Of a stretch of DNA of 64,000 bases, positions 18,513 to 26,898 are shown in pieces. The notes beneath the pieces are model-generated. The model was not told the DNA's origin. It was given only the letters and a program-made list of their open reading frames with translations, and made no database searches. Numbering within the stretch: the first letter of the stretch is position 1; every line of letters starts with the position of its first letter. The position numbers and the translations under genes are program-made. The stretch spans positions 264,700 to 328,699 of the forward strand of contig JACKDF010000001.1 in NCBI GenBank assembly GCA_020633655.1, in the 5' to 3' direction. The DNA is from Deferribacteres bacterium (GTDB lineage Bacteria; Zhuqueibacterota; Zhuqueibacteria; Zhuqueibacterales; Geothermadaptataceae).

Positions 18513-19414
18513 TGCATGAAAAAGACTATGCAAGCTATAAATGCGGATACGTAGCGATCCTCGGACGACCAAATGTTGGCAAATCGACTTTGTTGAACAA
18601 TATTCTCGAGTTCAAATTATGCATCGTTACTCCAAAATCGCAAACCACTCGCCATCGGATTCTCGGCATTTACTGCCAGGATGATATGCAAATCATTTTT
18701 CTCGATACGCCCGGTTTGATCAAACCGCGATATAAATTACATGAATACCTGGTTAAATCTGCCGAAAGCGCTGCAAAAAATGCAGATGTTCATCTCTTCC
18801 TCATTGAAGCCGGCGATAAAATTAATCCGGAAGATGCTGCACTTTTACAAGGACTTGTTTTACAGAAAAAACCGATCATCATTGGCATCAACAAAACGGA
18901 CAAGGTACCGAAAAGCCAGCTTCTGCCCCTCATCGAACAATGCGCCAACCAACCTGGAGTCGTAGAGGTTGTCCCAATTTCTGCATTACAAAATGATGGG
19001 ATAAATGATCTCCTGTCTGGTATTAAAAAAGTCATGCCTTATGGAGCACCACTTTACCCGGAAGATCAATTGACTACCGAACCGGAACGGTTTTTCGTTT
19101 CGGAATTAATCCGTGAACAGATTTTTCATAATTACGGTGATGAAATTCCCTATTCCACCACTGTGACAGTGGAGGAATTTAAGGAACGCGCCGGCCGCAA
19201 AGATTATGTCCGGGCGACAATTTTAGTAGAACGGCCATCGCAAAAAGCAATATTGATTGGTAAGCATGGCGCCGCCCTAAAGAAAGTAGGTGCGGAATCA
19301 CGTAAAGAAATCGAACAAATGCTCGGCAGGGATGTCTTTCTCGATTTATTTGTTGCCGTTCGACCAAAATGGCGGGATAAAGAGAATATGTTACGAAATT
19401 TAGGCTATAATTAA
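18509..19414 (+). CDS. era: GTPase Era
   Basis: G1 GRPNVGKST, G2 TTRHR and G3 DTPG are present, plus a C-terminal KH domain (ILIGKHGAALKKVG). The ATG overlaps the stop of the preceding gene (ATGA). Confidence 0.92.
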   Translation: MMHEKDYASYKCGYVAILGRPNVGKSTLLNNILEFKLCIVTPKSQTTRHRILGIYCQDDMQIIFLDTPGLIKPRYKLHEYLVKSAESAAKNADVHLFLIEAGDKINPEDAALLQGLVLQKKPIIIGINKTDKVPKSQLLPLIEQCANQPGVVEVVPISALQNDGINDLLSGIKKVMPYGAPLYPEDQLTTEPERFFVSELIREQIFHNYGDEIPYSTTVTVEEFKERAGRKDYVRATILVERPSQKAILIGKHGAALKKVGAESRKEIEQMLGRDVFLDLFVAVRPKWRDKENMLRNLGYN

Positions 19415-19415
19415 T

Positions 19416-19538
19416 GTAACTATTCAGCCTGACTTGAAGAGAAATGGTCACTGAGCTTGTCGAAAGGCCATTTCTCTCAGGATGTAGTGCCGCTCCCGCT
19501 TCGACAAGCTCAGCATCCGCTAATGGCTGAGTAGTTAC
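19416..19538. repeat. 123-bp nested/pseudoknotted palindromic element downstream of era
   Basis: The outer arms GTAACTATTCAGCC (19416-19429) and GGCTGAGTAGTTAC (19525-19538) pair over 14 bp with one G-U. The inner pair GAGAAATGG (19439-19447) and CCATTTCTC (19468-19476) is 9 bp. CTGAGCTTGTCGAA (19451-19464) and TTCGACAAGCTCAG (19500-19513) form a perfect 14-bp pair whose 5-prime arm lies in the loop of the previous hairpin. Confidence 0.7.
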
Positions 19539-19658
19539 TAATTAATAATCTAACCGGCTCTATTCTTAAACGCCATGATCGGGCAAGGGATATCCACTGC
19601 CCATCATTCACATTGGTATTGCATGAATAAAACAGGCTTAAACCCGGAAATTCACTTT

Positions 19659-19892
19659 ATGAGAAGAATCTCAAAAGATAAAATCATATTGCTGGCAACA
19701 GCTATTCTGTCAATTATTTTACTTAACCAATCGTATTACCCCTTCCTTGGCAAAATTGCATTGACAAGTTTTTTTTCAGTTCTCATGCAACAACGAATAC
19801 AGGAAAAAACACCCCGAATTTTGGCCCAAAGCCTGCTTTGGGGAGGATTAATCCTCGCCGGGATTTATAATTTTTATAAAAATTTATATTGA
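19659..19892 (+). CDS. possible small membrane protein (77 aa)
   Basis: Starting from the internal ATG at 19659, the ORF has two hydrophobic helices (IILLATAILSIILL and LLWGGLILAGIY). I see no RBS and no recognised family, so it may be non-coding. Confidence 0.3.
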   Translation: MRRISKDKIILLATAILSIILLNQSYYPFLGKIALTSFFSVLMQQRIQEKTPRILAQSLLWGGLILAGIYNFYKNLY

Positions 19893-20037
19893 AAAATCCT
19901 ACGAAACCGCTTCCAGCTTTCCCTTGCTTTTTAATAAAAATATAATATTTTTTTTCTCGCAATTTTAAATAAGTCCGTGTATTTTCCGACTTTTTGAATA
20001 AGGCAAATACTGAATATAACATAGAAGGTAATAAAAA

Positions 20038-22593
20038 ATGAGTAAAGCCGCATTTGAGCGACCCTTAACCAAAAATTCACAAATTGATCTTCCGAACAGC
20101 CTTAAAGAATTAGAAACTTTATCGTATAATTTATGGTGGACATGGAATCCAGAAACTCAGGATCTCTTTGCACAAATCGATGAAAAGCAGTGGAATTCCC
20201 ATCACAATCCGATTAAACTTCTGAAGCACACGCCAATAAAACGCTTTGAAGAACTTGCAAATGACGATGCCTTCATGCAGTCATTGCACAAAGCTCGTCT
20301 GGCATTAAATGCGGAACTCTCCCGTAACACCTGGCTCGAAACCAAACATGCTCACTATGCGAATCAACTCGTGGTTTATTTGTGTGCCGAATTTGGTTTG
20401 CATGAAAGTTTGCCCATTTACTCAGGCGGTTTGGGTATCCTCGCAGGCGACCACACAAAGTCCGCCAGCGATATCGGTCTTCCTTTCATCGGTGTCGGTC
20501 TGATGTACCGCAACGGTTATTTCAAGCAGGAAATTGACCGGCAAGGCAAGCAATTGAATGTTTATCCGGAGCATGATTTTGCAGAACTCCCGGTACAACA
20601 AATCGTTGATGCGGAGGGAAATGCAGTATCCGTTATGGTAGATTTACCCGCAGGACCAGTAGTCGTAAAAGCCTGGTTATGTGAAGTTGGCCGTTCGTTA
20701 TTGGTTTTACTCGATACAGATTTTGAGGAAAATTCTGAGGAGCTCCGCAGCATTACACACCAATTATACGGCGGTGATCGTCGCATGCGCATATCGCAGG
20801 AGATTGTTTTAGGAATTGGTGGTGTACGTATGCTGGAGAAACTGCAAATCCAGCCTTCGGTTTGGCACATGAACGAAGGACACGTGGCTTTTTCATTGTT
20901 CGAACGCATAAAGCAGCTCATCGACAAAGACGAACTCGCCTTCGAAGAAGCTGCCGAGGTTATCACTGCGTCGACAGTTTTTACGACACATACACCCGTT
21001 CCCGCTGGAAATGAAGCCTTCAGCCTTCCATTGGTGGACGAATTTTTTAATGCCTATTGCCAGGAACTCGGCATTAGCATTACCGATATGCTGCACCTCG
21101 GGTTACTCGAAAACGAAGTCGGTGATAAATTTTTTAGTATGACTATTCTCGCTCTTCGTCTTTCCTGTAAAGCTAATGGTGTAAGCAAATTGCATGGCAT
21201 TGTGTCGCAAAAAATGTGGGCACACCTGTGGGAAAACGTACCGGCTCTTGAAAATCCAATCACCAGCATCACCAATGGAATTCACGCACAAACGTGGATC
21301 GCGCCAGAAATCGCAGCGCTGTATGATCGCACATTGAACGGAAACTGGCGCAAAAACCTGCATGATGCAGATTTTTGGCAGCAGGTGAACAACATACCCA
21401 ATGAAGAAATAGATAAAACAAAAGTTCTGCTGAAAAATCGTTTCATCAATTTTCTCAGATCCCGTTTAAAAGAACAGTACCAACGAAACGGCCTCGATGA
21501 AAAACGCCTCAAAGCTATCGATACATGGTTCAATCCAAAAGCACTTACTATCGGTTTCGCACGCCGCTTTGCTACATACAAAAGAGCCACACTCATTTTT
21601 AGTGATTTAAAACGCCTGGACAAAATCGTTAATAATCCGGAAAAACCTGTTCAGTTTATCTTCGCAGGGAAAGCCCATCCGGCAGATACCGATGGGCAAG
21701 CGCTGATTAAACGCGTCTGGGAAGTCTCCCAATTACCTGAGTTTCTCGGGAAAATTATTTTACTTGAAAATTACGACATGGAGGTTGGACGCCAGCTCGT
21801 ACAAGGCGTCGACGTGTGGCTGAACAACCCAAGACGACCAGAAGAAGCCAGTGGTACTAGCGGCCAGAAAGTTCCCATAAACGCTGGTCTCAATTTTAGT
21901 GTGCTGGATGGCTGGTGGCCGGAAGCGTTTGACGGCACAAACGGCTGGGAAATCGGCAAGGAAAAGGATTATGCCGACACCAAACTTCAGGATAAAGACG
22001 ATGTCACATCACTGTATAAAATCCTGGAAGAGAATATCGTCCCGAAATATTACGATATGGCAGGCAACAGAAATGCATGGTTTAAAGCTGTCAAATCCTC
22101 CATTGCGACGGTAACGCCAGTTTTCAATACCGAAGTGATGGTATCCAACTATTTTGAAGAACTCTATCAGTATGCGATGGATCGCAACAGCAAGACCAAT
22201 GAACCAGATTTCGCCATCGCACGTGATCTTTCCATTTTCAAAGAAATGCTCTATGAAAACTGGCCATTGCTGCATTTTACCAGAGTTGATTATGAAATTA
22301 AAAACAATCAGGTAAACATAGATGCCGATCTTTATCTGGGTGAGTTGGAAACGGACGATATCGAAGTACAACTTTATTTCGCTTACACGCAGGATGGCCA
22401 AAAGAATCACGATATTTTTGTCTTACAACATAAAAAAGACACGTCCAGTTTCACCAGCAATTTTGGTTTGGTAGAGAAAATTCCAACGCACTTGCTAAAA
22501 GTACATCCCCAACTTCGTGTTGTTGCCAAACACGATAGTACCAATCAAAAAATTGAGCTGGGCTTGATGTACATCAAGGATATTGCGGAATAG
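20038..22593 (+). CDS. glgP: alpha-glucan (glycogen/maltodextrin) phosphorylase, GT35 alpha-glucan family
   Basis: 851 aa. The N-terminal YNLWWTWNPETQDLF block is typical of the alpha-glucan phosphorylase subfamily. Also present are YSGGLGILAGDH, FARRFATYKR and the PLP site GKAHPAD. Confidence 0.9.
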   Translation: MSKAAFERPLTKNSQIDLPNSLKELETLSYNLWWTWNPETQDLFAQIDEKQWNSHHNPIKLLKHTPIKRFEELANDDAFMQSLHKARLALNAELSRNTWLETKHAHYANQLVVYLCAEFGLHESLPIYSGGLGILAGDHTKSASDIGLPFIGVGLMYRNGYFKQEIDRQGKQLNVYPEHDFAELPVQQIVDAEGNAVSVMVDLPAGPVVVKAWLCEVGRSLLVLLDTDFEENSEELRSITHQLYGGDRRMRISQEIVLGIGGVRMLEKLQIQPSVWHMNEGHVAFSLFERIKQLIDKDELAFEEAAEVITASTVFTTHTPVPAGNEAFSLPLVDEFFNAYCQELGISITDMLHLGLLENEVGDKFFSMTILALRLSCKANGVSKLHGIVSQKMWAHLWENVPALENPITSITNGIHAQTWIAPEIAALYDRTLNGNWRKNLHDADFWQQVNNIPNEEIDKTKVLLKNRFINFLRSRLKEQYQRNGLDEKRLKAIDTWFNPKALTIGFARRFATYKRATLIFSDLKRLDKIVNNPEKPVQFIFAGKAHPADTDGQALIKRVWEVSQLPEFLGKIILLENYDMEVGRQLVQGVDVWLNNPRRPEEASGTSGQKVPINAGLNFSVLDGWWPEAFDGTNGWEIGKEKDYADTKLQDKDDVTSLYKILEENIVPKYYDMAGNRNAWFKAVKSSIATVTPVFNTEVMVSNYFEELYQYAMDRNSKTNEPDFAIARDLSIFKEMLYENWPLLHFTRVDYEIKNNQVNIDADLYLGELETDDIEVQLYFAYTQDGQKNHDIFVLQHKKDTSSFTSNFGLVEKIPTHLLKVHPQLRVVAKHDSTNQKIELGLMYIKDIAE

Positions 22594-22620
22594 AAGCGAA
22601 AGAAGAGCCTGCCGAACCGG

Positions 22621-22709
22621 AATGAAGTGAAGAAGGCGGGCGGGATCCATGTGGCAAAGCTGCTCAACAGAAATCGGACCCATGGATTTCGCCTTCTGAT
22701 TCCTTCATT
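22621..22709. terminator. long imperfect hairpin between convergent glgP and phosphatase genes (possible bidirectional terminator)
   Basis: AATGAAGTGAAGAAGGCGGGCGGGATCCATG (22621-22651) is an imperfect reverse complement of CATGGATTTCGCCTTCTGATTCCTTCATT (22681-22709). The right arm overlaps the last codons and stop of the minus-strand gene. There is no clean U-tract. Confidence 0.4.
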
Positions 22710-24186
22710 GATTATTTAAATAAAACGGGTATTTCACCGACTTCAACGAATCATTTCCAACGAAAAATTTGATGTTTGCGGGAATCTGAAACACATCTGA
22801 TTCACTCAGACTCTCAACCGCATCGACAAAGAGTGTTTGCTCATCATTTTCCTCATATTGTCCGGTAATTACAGTGAAAATTTCCAAAGATGCGGGTTGT
22901 GCATCTTTTTCTGGCCGGACATGAATCCATTTTACCTGATTGCACGAAACACTCTGCAAGGTCCAGGGTTTATCATCATTGTTATCGCGCGGGTACGCAC
23001 CCCAACTTCCCTCACCAATAAACATCGTTCCTTTTTCATCATCCCGCACAAATCCCTGAAAACTCCCTTTCTCTGTGGAGGGCTTTAAGGGATAGGTGAT
23101 TTTGTGCATATGTGAGTCACCATCGAGGGAGATATTCAGGCCGTATTCATAAAACAAACCAGCCCATTGCTCATACTGATACTCGTTTTCGGGTTTCTTC
23201 TGCGTATGCGGGTGAAAAGGTTTGTGGTATCCGGCAATTTTAAAAACATCATTTCGGTGGGCACTTAAATCAGCTTCCAACCATTTTCGCTGATCACCTC
23301 CCTCATCCAGTTCCGAATTTAAGGCGATGATGTGAAAAAAATCGCCGCCGAACGTCAGAGAATAATAGACATTGTTCTCATTTGCATATTGAAAAGGGGA
23401 GGCAAAAATCCTGTGTAATACGGTCAAATTGCCATTCTCATGATTGCCGTGCACAGGTACTAAAGGAATCATGCGGCCGTCCGCGGTGGTTGTCAATTCA
23501 AACCAATCCGTCAGCCACTGTTGCCACCTGTCTGGATATGTCCCATCACCGCTGTTAAAATCACCGTTGAACATAACAAATAAAGGGCGAAGCCTGGCAA
23601 CCATTTTGTTCGAAGCACGCCCGGCTTCCAGTGGTTTACCGGAACTCTTCGTGTCCCCTCCGGCGATAAACGTGAAGGCTTTCGGTTTATCCGGCGCTGT
23701 ACGGAAATAATATCTGTCGCTTGTGCCCGTACAATCTTTAATGACAAAATAATATGTTGCATCCGGCTTCAAATTTTGCAGTTTTGCGTAGAATGTATTC
23801 ATGTTATAGTACAGCCATCTTTTGCTCTGTGGCGCCTGGCGCAATTTGTATTTCCAGTACTGGCGTCCGTGATCGGTCTCGCCATAGTAGACCGAAGCTT
23901 CATTACCTTTTAATTGATCCCAAATCACCGTCATTGTTGAGGTTGGATCGTCGGTCCACACAAGACGGTATTTGTTGGAGGCAGCGTGCTCATCGGAGGC
24001 ATTAGCAGCAAAAAGCGGATTTATGAAATAAAAAAGAAAGAATACTGAAAAAAATGGAACGCGAAAAAAAGGATTTATTCCAATATTTCGGTGGCGTTGG
24101 GATTGTTTATCGTTATTCCGGCAAGTATTTAGCCGGAATCCAATGAGACAAGAATAGAGTAATTGATGGATTCCATCTAAAAGCAT
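22705..24186 (-). CDS. purple-acid-phosphatase-like metallophosphoesterase (start uncertain)
   Basis: An FN3-like PAP N-domain (YRLVWTDDPTSTMTVIWDQ) is followed by the metallophosphatase blocks GGDTKSS, NGDFNSGDG, VHGNHENG, GYHKPFHP and GDSHMH. The hydrophobic signal-like segment FFSVFFLFYFINPLFAANA has no ATG/GTG/TTG just upstream of it. The nearest in-frame ATG (24186) and the track start (24291) both lie in or beyond repeat copy C. Confidence 0.8.
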   Translation of the reverse strand: MLLDGIHQLLYSCLIGFRLNTCRNNDKQSQRHRNIGINPFFRVPFFSVFFLFYFINPLFAANASDEHAASNKYRLVWTDDPTSTMTVIWDQLKGNEASVYYGETDHGRQYWKYKLRQAPQSKRWLYYNMNTFYAKLQNLKPDATYYFVIKDCTGTSDRYYFRTAPDKPKAFTFIAGGDTKSSGKPLEAGRASNKMVARLRPLFVMFNGDFNSGDGTYPDRWQQWLTDWFELTTTADGRMIPLVPVHGNHENGNLTVLHRIFASPFQYANENNVYYSLTFGGDFFHIIALNSELDEGGDQRKWLEADLSAHRNDVFKIAGYHKPFHPHTQKKPENEYQYEQWAGLFYEYGLNISLDGDSHMHKITYPLKPSTEKGSFQGFVRDDEKGTMFIGEGSWGAYPRDNNDDKPWTLQSVSCNQVKWIHVRPEKDAQPASLEIFTVITGQYEENDEQTLFVDAVESLSESDVFQIPANIKFFVGNDSLKSVKYPFYLNNQ

Positions 24187-24197
24187 GACGGAATGAC
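24113..24197 (-). repeat. repeat family copy C (shortened, ~85 bp)
   Basis: TTATTCCGGCAAGTATTTAGCCGGAATCCA...TAAAAGCATGACGGAATGAC shares its first ~33 nt and last ~20 nt with copy B (29510-29613) in the same orientation. The middle is deleted or diverged. Confidence 0.7.
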
Positions 24198-24305
24198 GCC
24201 ATCGTATACAAACTAAACGCTTATAATTTTTAATATTAGAACAGGTATTATATTTAAACACAAGTACTCCCGATTTACCAGTTCGACTCACTTCGATTTT
24301 TTTGA

Positions 24306-25313
24306 CTATAAATAGACAACTTCTCCGCTCTCGGCTGAGCGGTAAGCTGTATCAACGATGCGTTGTACCACAAGCCCTTCTTCAATGCCCGGATTCGGTG
24401 TCTTACGTTCCCGAATACACGCAACGAAATGTGCCATCTGCCGTGAGTACATTGGTTGGTCGCAGTGTTCGTCCTTTGGGCTCAAGCGCTTTACTTCCCG
24501 GCCTGCAAGACCCTCCAAAGGGGTCTCCACTGACGTTGGATAAAGACGGGCATAACCTTTCGTGCCAATCAGCTGTGTCGATGCTTCCGGGCCATCGGCA
24601 TGCGGGTGCCACCACCCGCTTTCGATGAGGGATACCGTCCCATTTTCCCAGCTGATCATGAGCATTCCCATGTCATCCACATCGTATTTTCCAAAGCAGG
24701 TTTTAAGAACGCCGTATACACTCACCGGTTGTGGATCGCCCAGAAGGAAACGTACGGTATCAATGGCGTGCACACCCATATCGGCTAATGCGCCTCCTCC
24801 TGCCAGTTTTTTTTGGGTAAACCAGCCCTGTGGTCCCCAATCGACGTGAATGCCACAGCCTTTGGTTTTGAGCACCTCACCTATTTCGCCAGCTGCAATC
24901 GCTGCGCGAACAAATCGCGTTTGCTCATCGAATCGCCACATGTGACCGATCATCACCAGACGATTGTTCTCCATCATTGTCTCTTTCAGCTGTTCCCCCT
25001 CTTCAGTGTTTATACCAAGAGGTTTCTCGATAAAAACATCCTTCCCCGCACGGACAAAATCGCTGGCAATTGGCACATGCAACGCATTCGGCAGGCACAG
25101 GATAACGGCATCGCAGGCATTCTCACGTATCAGATCACTGTGTTTTTCATAAACCTGCTTTATGTTGTAGATTTTAGCAAATTCCTGTGCCTTTTCAATT
25201 GCAGTATCACAGATGGCAGTAATTTCAACGTTTTCCTGCTCAAGCAGGCCTTTAACATGATAGTGGGCAATGAAACCAGCACCGATTACCGCTACTCGAA
25301 CTTTTGTCGGCAT
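24306..25313 (-). CDS. Gfo/Idh/MocA family NAD(P)-dependent oxidoreductase
   Basis: 335 aa. The N-terminal Rossmann motif is VRVAVIGAGFIAHYH, followed by EKPL and the C-terminal alpha/beta dimerisation domain typical of the family. Confidence 0.85.
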   Translation of the reverse strand: MPTKVRVAVIGAGFIAHYHVKGLLEQENVEITAICDTAIEKAQEFAKIYNIKQVYEKHSDLIRENACDAVILCLPNALHVPIASDFVRAGKDVFIEKPLGINTEEGEQLKETMMENNRLVMIGHMWRFDEQTRFVRAAIAAGEIGEVLKTKGCGIHVDWGPQGWFTQKKLAGGGALADMGVHAIDTVRFLLGDPQPVSVYGVLKTCFGKYDVDDMGMLMISWENGTVSLIESGWWHPHADGPEASTQLIGTKGYARLYPTSVETPLEGLAGREVKRLSPKDEHCDQPMYSRQMAHFVACIRERKTPNPGIEEGLVVQRIVDTAYRSAESGEVVYL

Positions 25314-25315
25314 TT

Positions 25316-26611
25316 TTAAACAACCTCCGGCAAAGTGATTAATTCATGGGTATGTTCCCTGATTTTTTCAATGGCTTGAACTATTTGATCCATTGCTTCC
25401 TGATTGTCCATCAAGACCAGGTGATGGAAACACACCGCCTGATCTGCAAATACTTTTTCACAAACGGGAAGTGATGCCCGATCGGGGTCGATCTTTTGCC
25501 AATATTCCCGGCCTAAATTGTGACGAGCTGGTTTTGTATGGGGACGATAAAGGGAACAATTATTTAGAGGTTCGTAGCATGACTCGATGGTGCAACCTAA
25601 TTCTGCTTCCAACGCCTGGCGAAATTTACTCGCAGGCAGCCCGTCAAAAGCATCGCAATTGTAACGAAACGAGTAATTAAAAAATGCCTTTTTTGTCTCC
25701 CGCGGATCATGGTACATGGGCTCAATGCCGGAGACATCGGCAAGTAAATTATTTAGATAGGCCGCATTTTTTTCACGCACATCCGTTTGTTCAGGCAAGC
25801 GTCGCAAGCCTTCGATGAGCAGAGAGGCTTGAAAATCGGTGATACGAAAATTTCCTGATTGAATAAAATTCCCATCATCACCATAAACTCCGGCACCCTT
25901 ATCAGCCTCTGCGTTCTCGTTTTCCGGACGACGGCCACAATTCCGCAAGGCATCTAATTTTTCCGCCAATTCATCGGAGCTTGTGGTGAGCGCACCACCT
26001 TCACCTGCGGTCATCGTTTTGGAAAGTTGAAAGCTGAAGCTGCCGATATCACCGATCGAACCGGCTTTTTTGCCATTCCACTCACCACCGTGTTTATGGG
26101 CGCAATCTTCAATGATTATCAATTCATGTTCTTCCGCGATTGCCTTGATCGCATCCATATCCGCCATGCAACCATAGAGATGCACAGGAATAATGGCTTT
26201 CGTTCGAGGTGTAATGTTTTTACGAATTTCCTCTGGACTAATGCACCAGGTACGTTCATCCACATCCGTGAGAATCGGGGTTGCATTCACATCGAGAACC
26301 GCCGCAGCCGTTGCCTGCCAGGTCAATCCCGGAACGATGACTTCATCGCCGACACCGATTCCACAGGCTTCCAAAGCCAGTTGCAAGGTCACGGTGCCAT
26401 TCGCAGCACAGATGGCGTATTTACTTCCGATGTAAGCTGCAAATTTTTTATTGAACTCGATTTCCTTTGGGCCATTGTACGACCAAACACCGCTGTGCAA
26501 CACTTCCAGCAAAGCGCGTTCTTCCGCCTGATCCCACACAGGCCATTTGGGCCAGGGATTTTTCTTTTTATCGCGAATGGGAGTTCCACCTGTGATGGCT
26601 AGCTTTTTCAT
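25316..26611 (-). CDS. DegT/DnrJ/EryC1/StrS-family PLP aminotransferase (long, StsC/scyllo-inosose-aminotransferase-like form)
   Basis: 431 aa with ICAANGTVTLQLAL, the VIVPGLTW block, and the SFQLSK PLP-lysine motif followed by AGEGGA. It ends 2 nt before the oxidoreductase gene. Confidence 0.85.
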   Translation of the reverse strand: MKKLAITGGTPIRDKKKNPWPKWPVWDQAEERALLEVLHSGVWSYNGPKEIEFNKKFAAYIGSKYAICAANGTVTLQLALEACGIGVGDEVIVPGLTWQATAAAVLDVNATPILTDVDERTWCISPEEIRKNITPRTKAIIPVHLYGCMADMDAIKAIAEEHELIIIEDCAHKHGGEWNGKKAGSIGDIGSFSFQLSKTMTAGEGGALTTSSDELAEKLDALRNCGRRPENENAEADKGAGVYGDDGNFIQSGNFRITDFQASLLIEGLRRLPEQTDVREKNAAYLNNLLADVSGIEPMYHDPRETKKAFFNYSFRYNCDAFDGLPASKFRQALEAELGCTIESCYEPLNNCSLYRPHTKPARHNLGREYWQKIDPDRASLPVCEKVFADQAVCFHHLVLMDNQEAMDQIVQAIEKIREHTHELITLPEVV

Positions 26612-26763
26612 GTTGTTATCTCCTTTTTTCTATAGTGCCCACAAGGGGAAAAGCTACAGATGGTTGTAAACTTAAAACCTGTAGCTCAGGCCTTTGTGGC
26701 CTGCCAAAACCTTGTATTTTTTCTATTTTACATATAATTTTCGGCTACTATTCAGCCTTTGGA

Positions 26764-26867
26764 TCATTCCGGAATGCTTTTATCCGAGCCAAAGACCGGC
26801 GAAGCACAATCCATCAATGATTGAGGCTACCAGAAATGGATTCCGGCTAAAAAATTGCCGGAATGAC
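26764..26867 (+). repeat. repeat family copy A (104 bp, forward)
   Basis: TCATTCCGGAATGCTTTTATCCGAGCCAAAGACCGG...GGATTCCGGCTAAAAAATTGCCGGAATGAC. It has terminal inverted repeats TCATTCCGG/CCGGAATGA and an internal 8-bp hairpin ATTCCGGC-N9-GCCGGAAT. By my eye alignment there are about 12 mismatches over 104 nt to the reverse complement of copy B. Confidence 0.85.
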
Positions 26868-26898
26868 TAAAAACAAGGCATTTCCTGATAGATTCTCA

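Noticed and set aside
26680-26691. The exact 12-mer TGTAGCTCAGGC shared by 26680-26691 and 60233-60244, and the 9-mer TATTCAGCC at 16124, 19421 and 26751, considered as a possible second repeat family.
   Set aside because: In 64 kb, on the order of a hundred 12-mer coincidences are expected by chance. The flanks align only loosely, so this is not distinguishable from chance without a genome-wide search.
26635-26820. Short ORFs lying on repeat or foldback elements: 26635-26820, 29369-29623 and 54540-54758.
   Set aside because: Their sequence is the repeat itself, for example the GFRLKTCRNDV-type peptides translated from the CCGGAAT hairpin. The same peptide appears in different frame contexts at the other copies, so they are by-products of the repeats.
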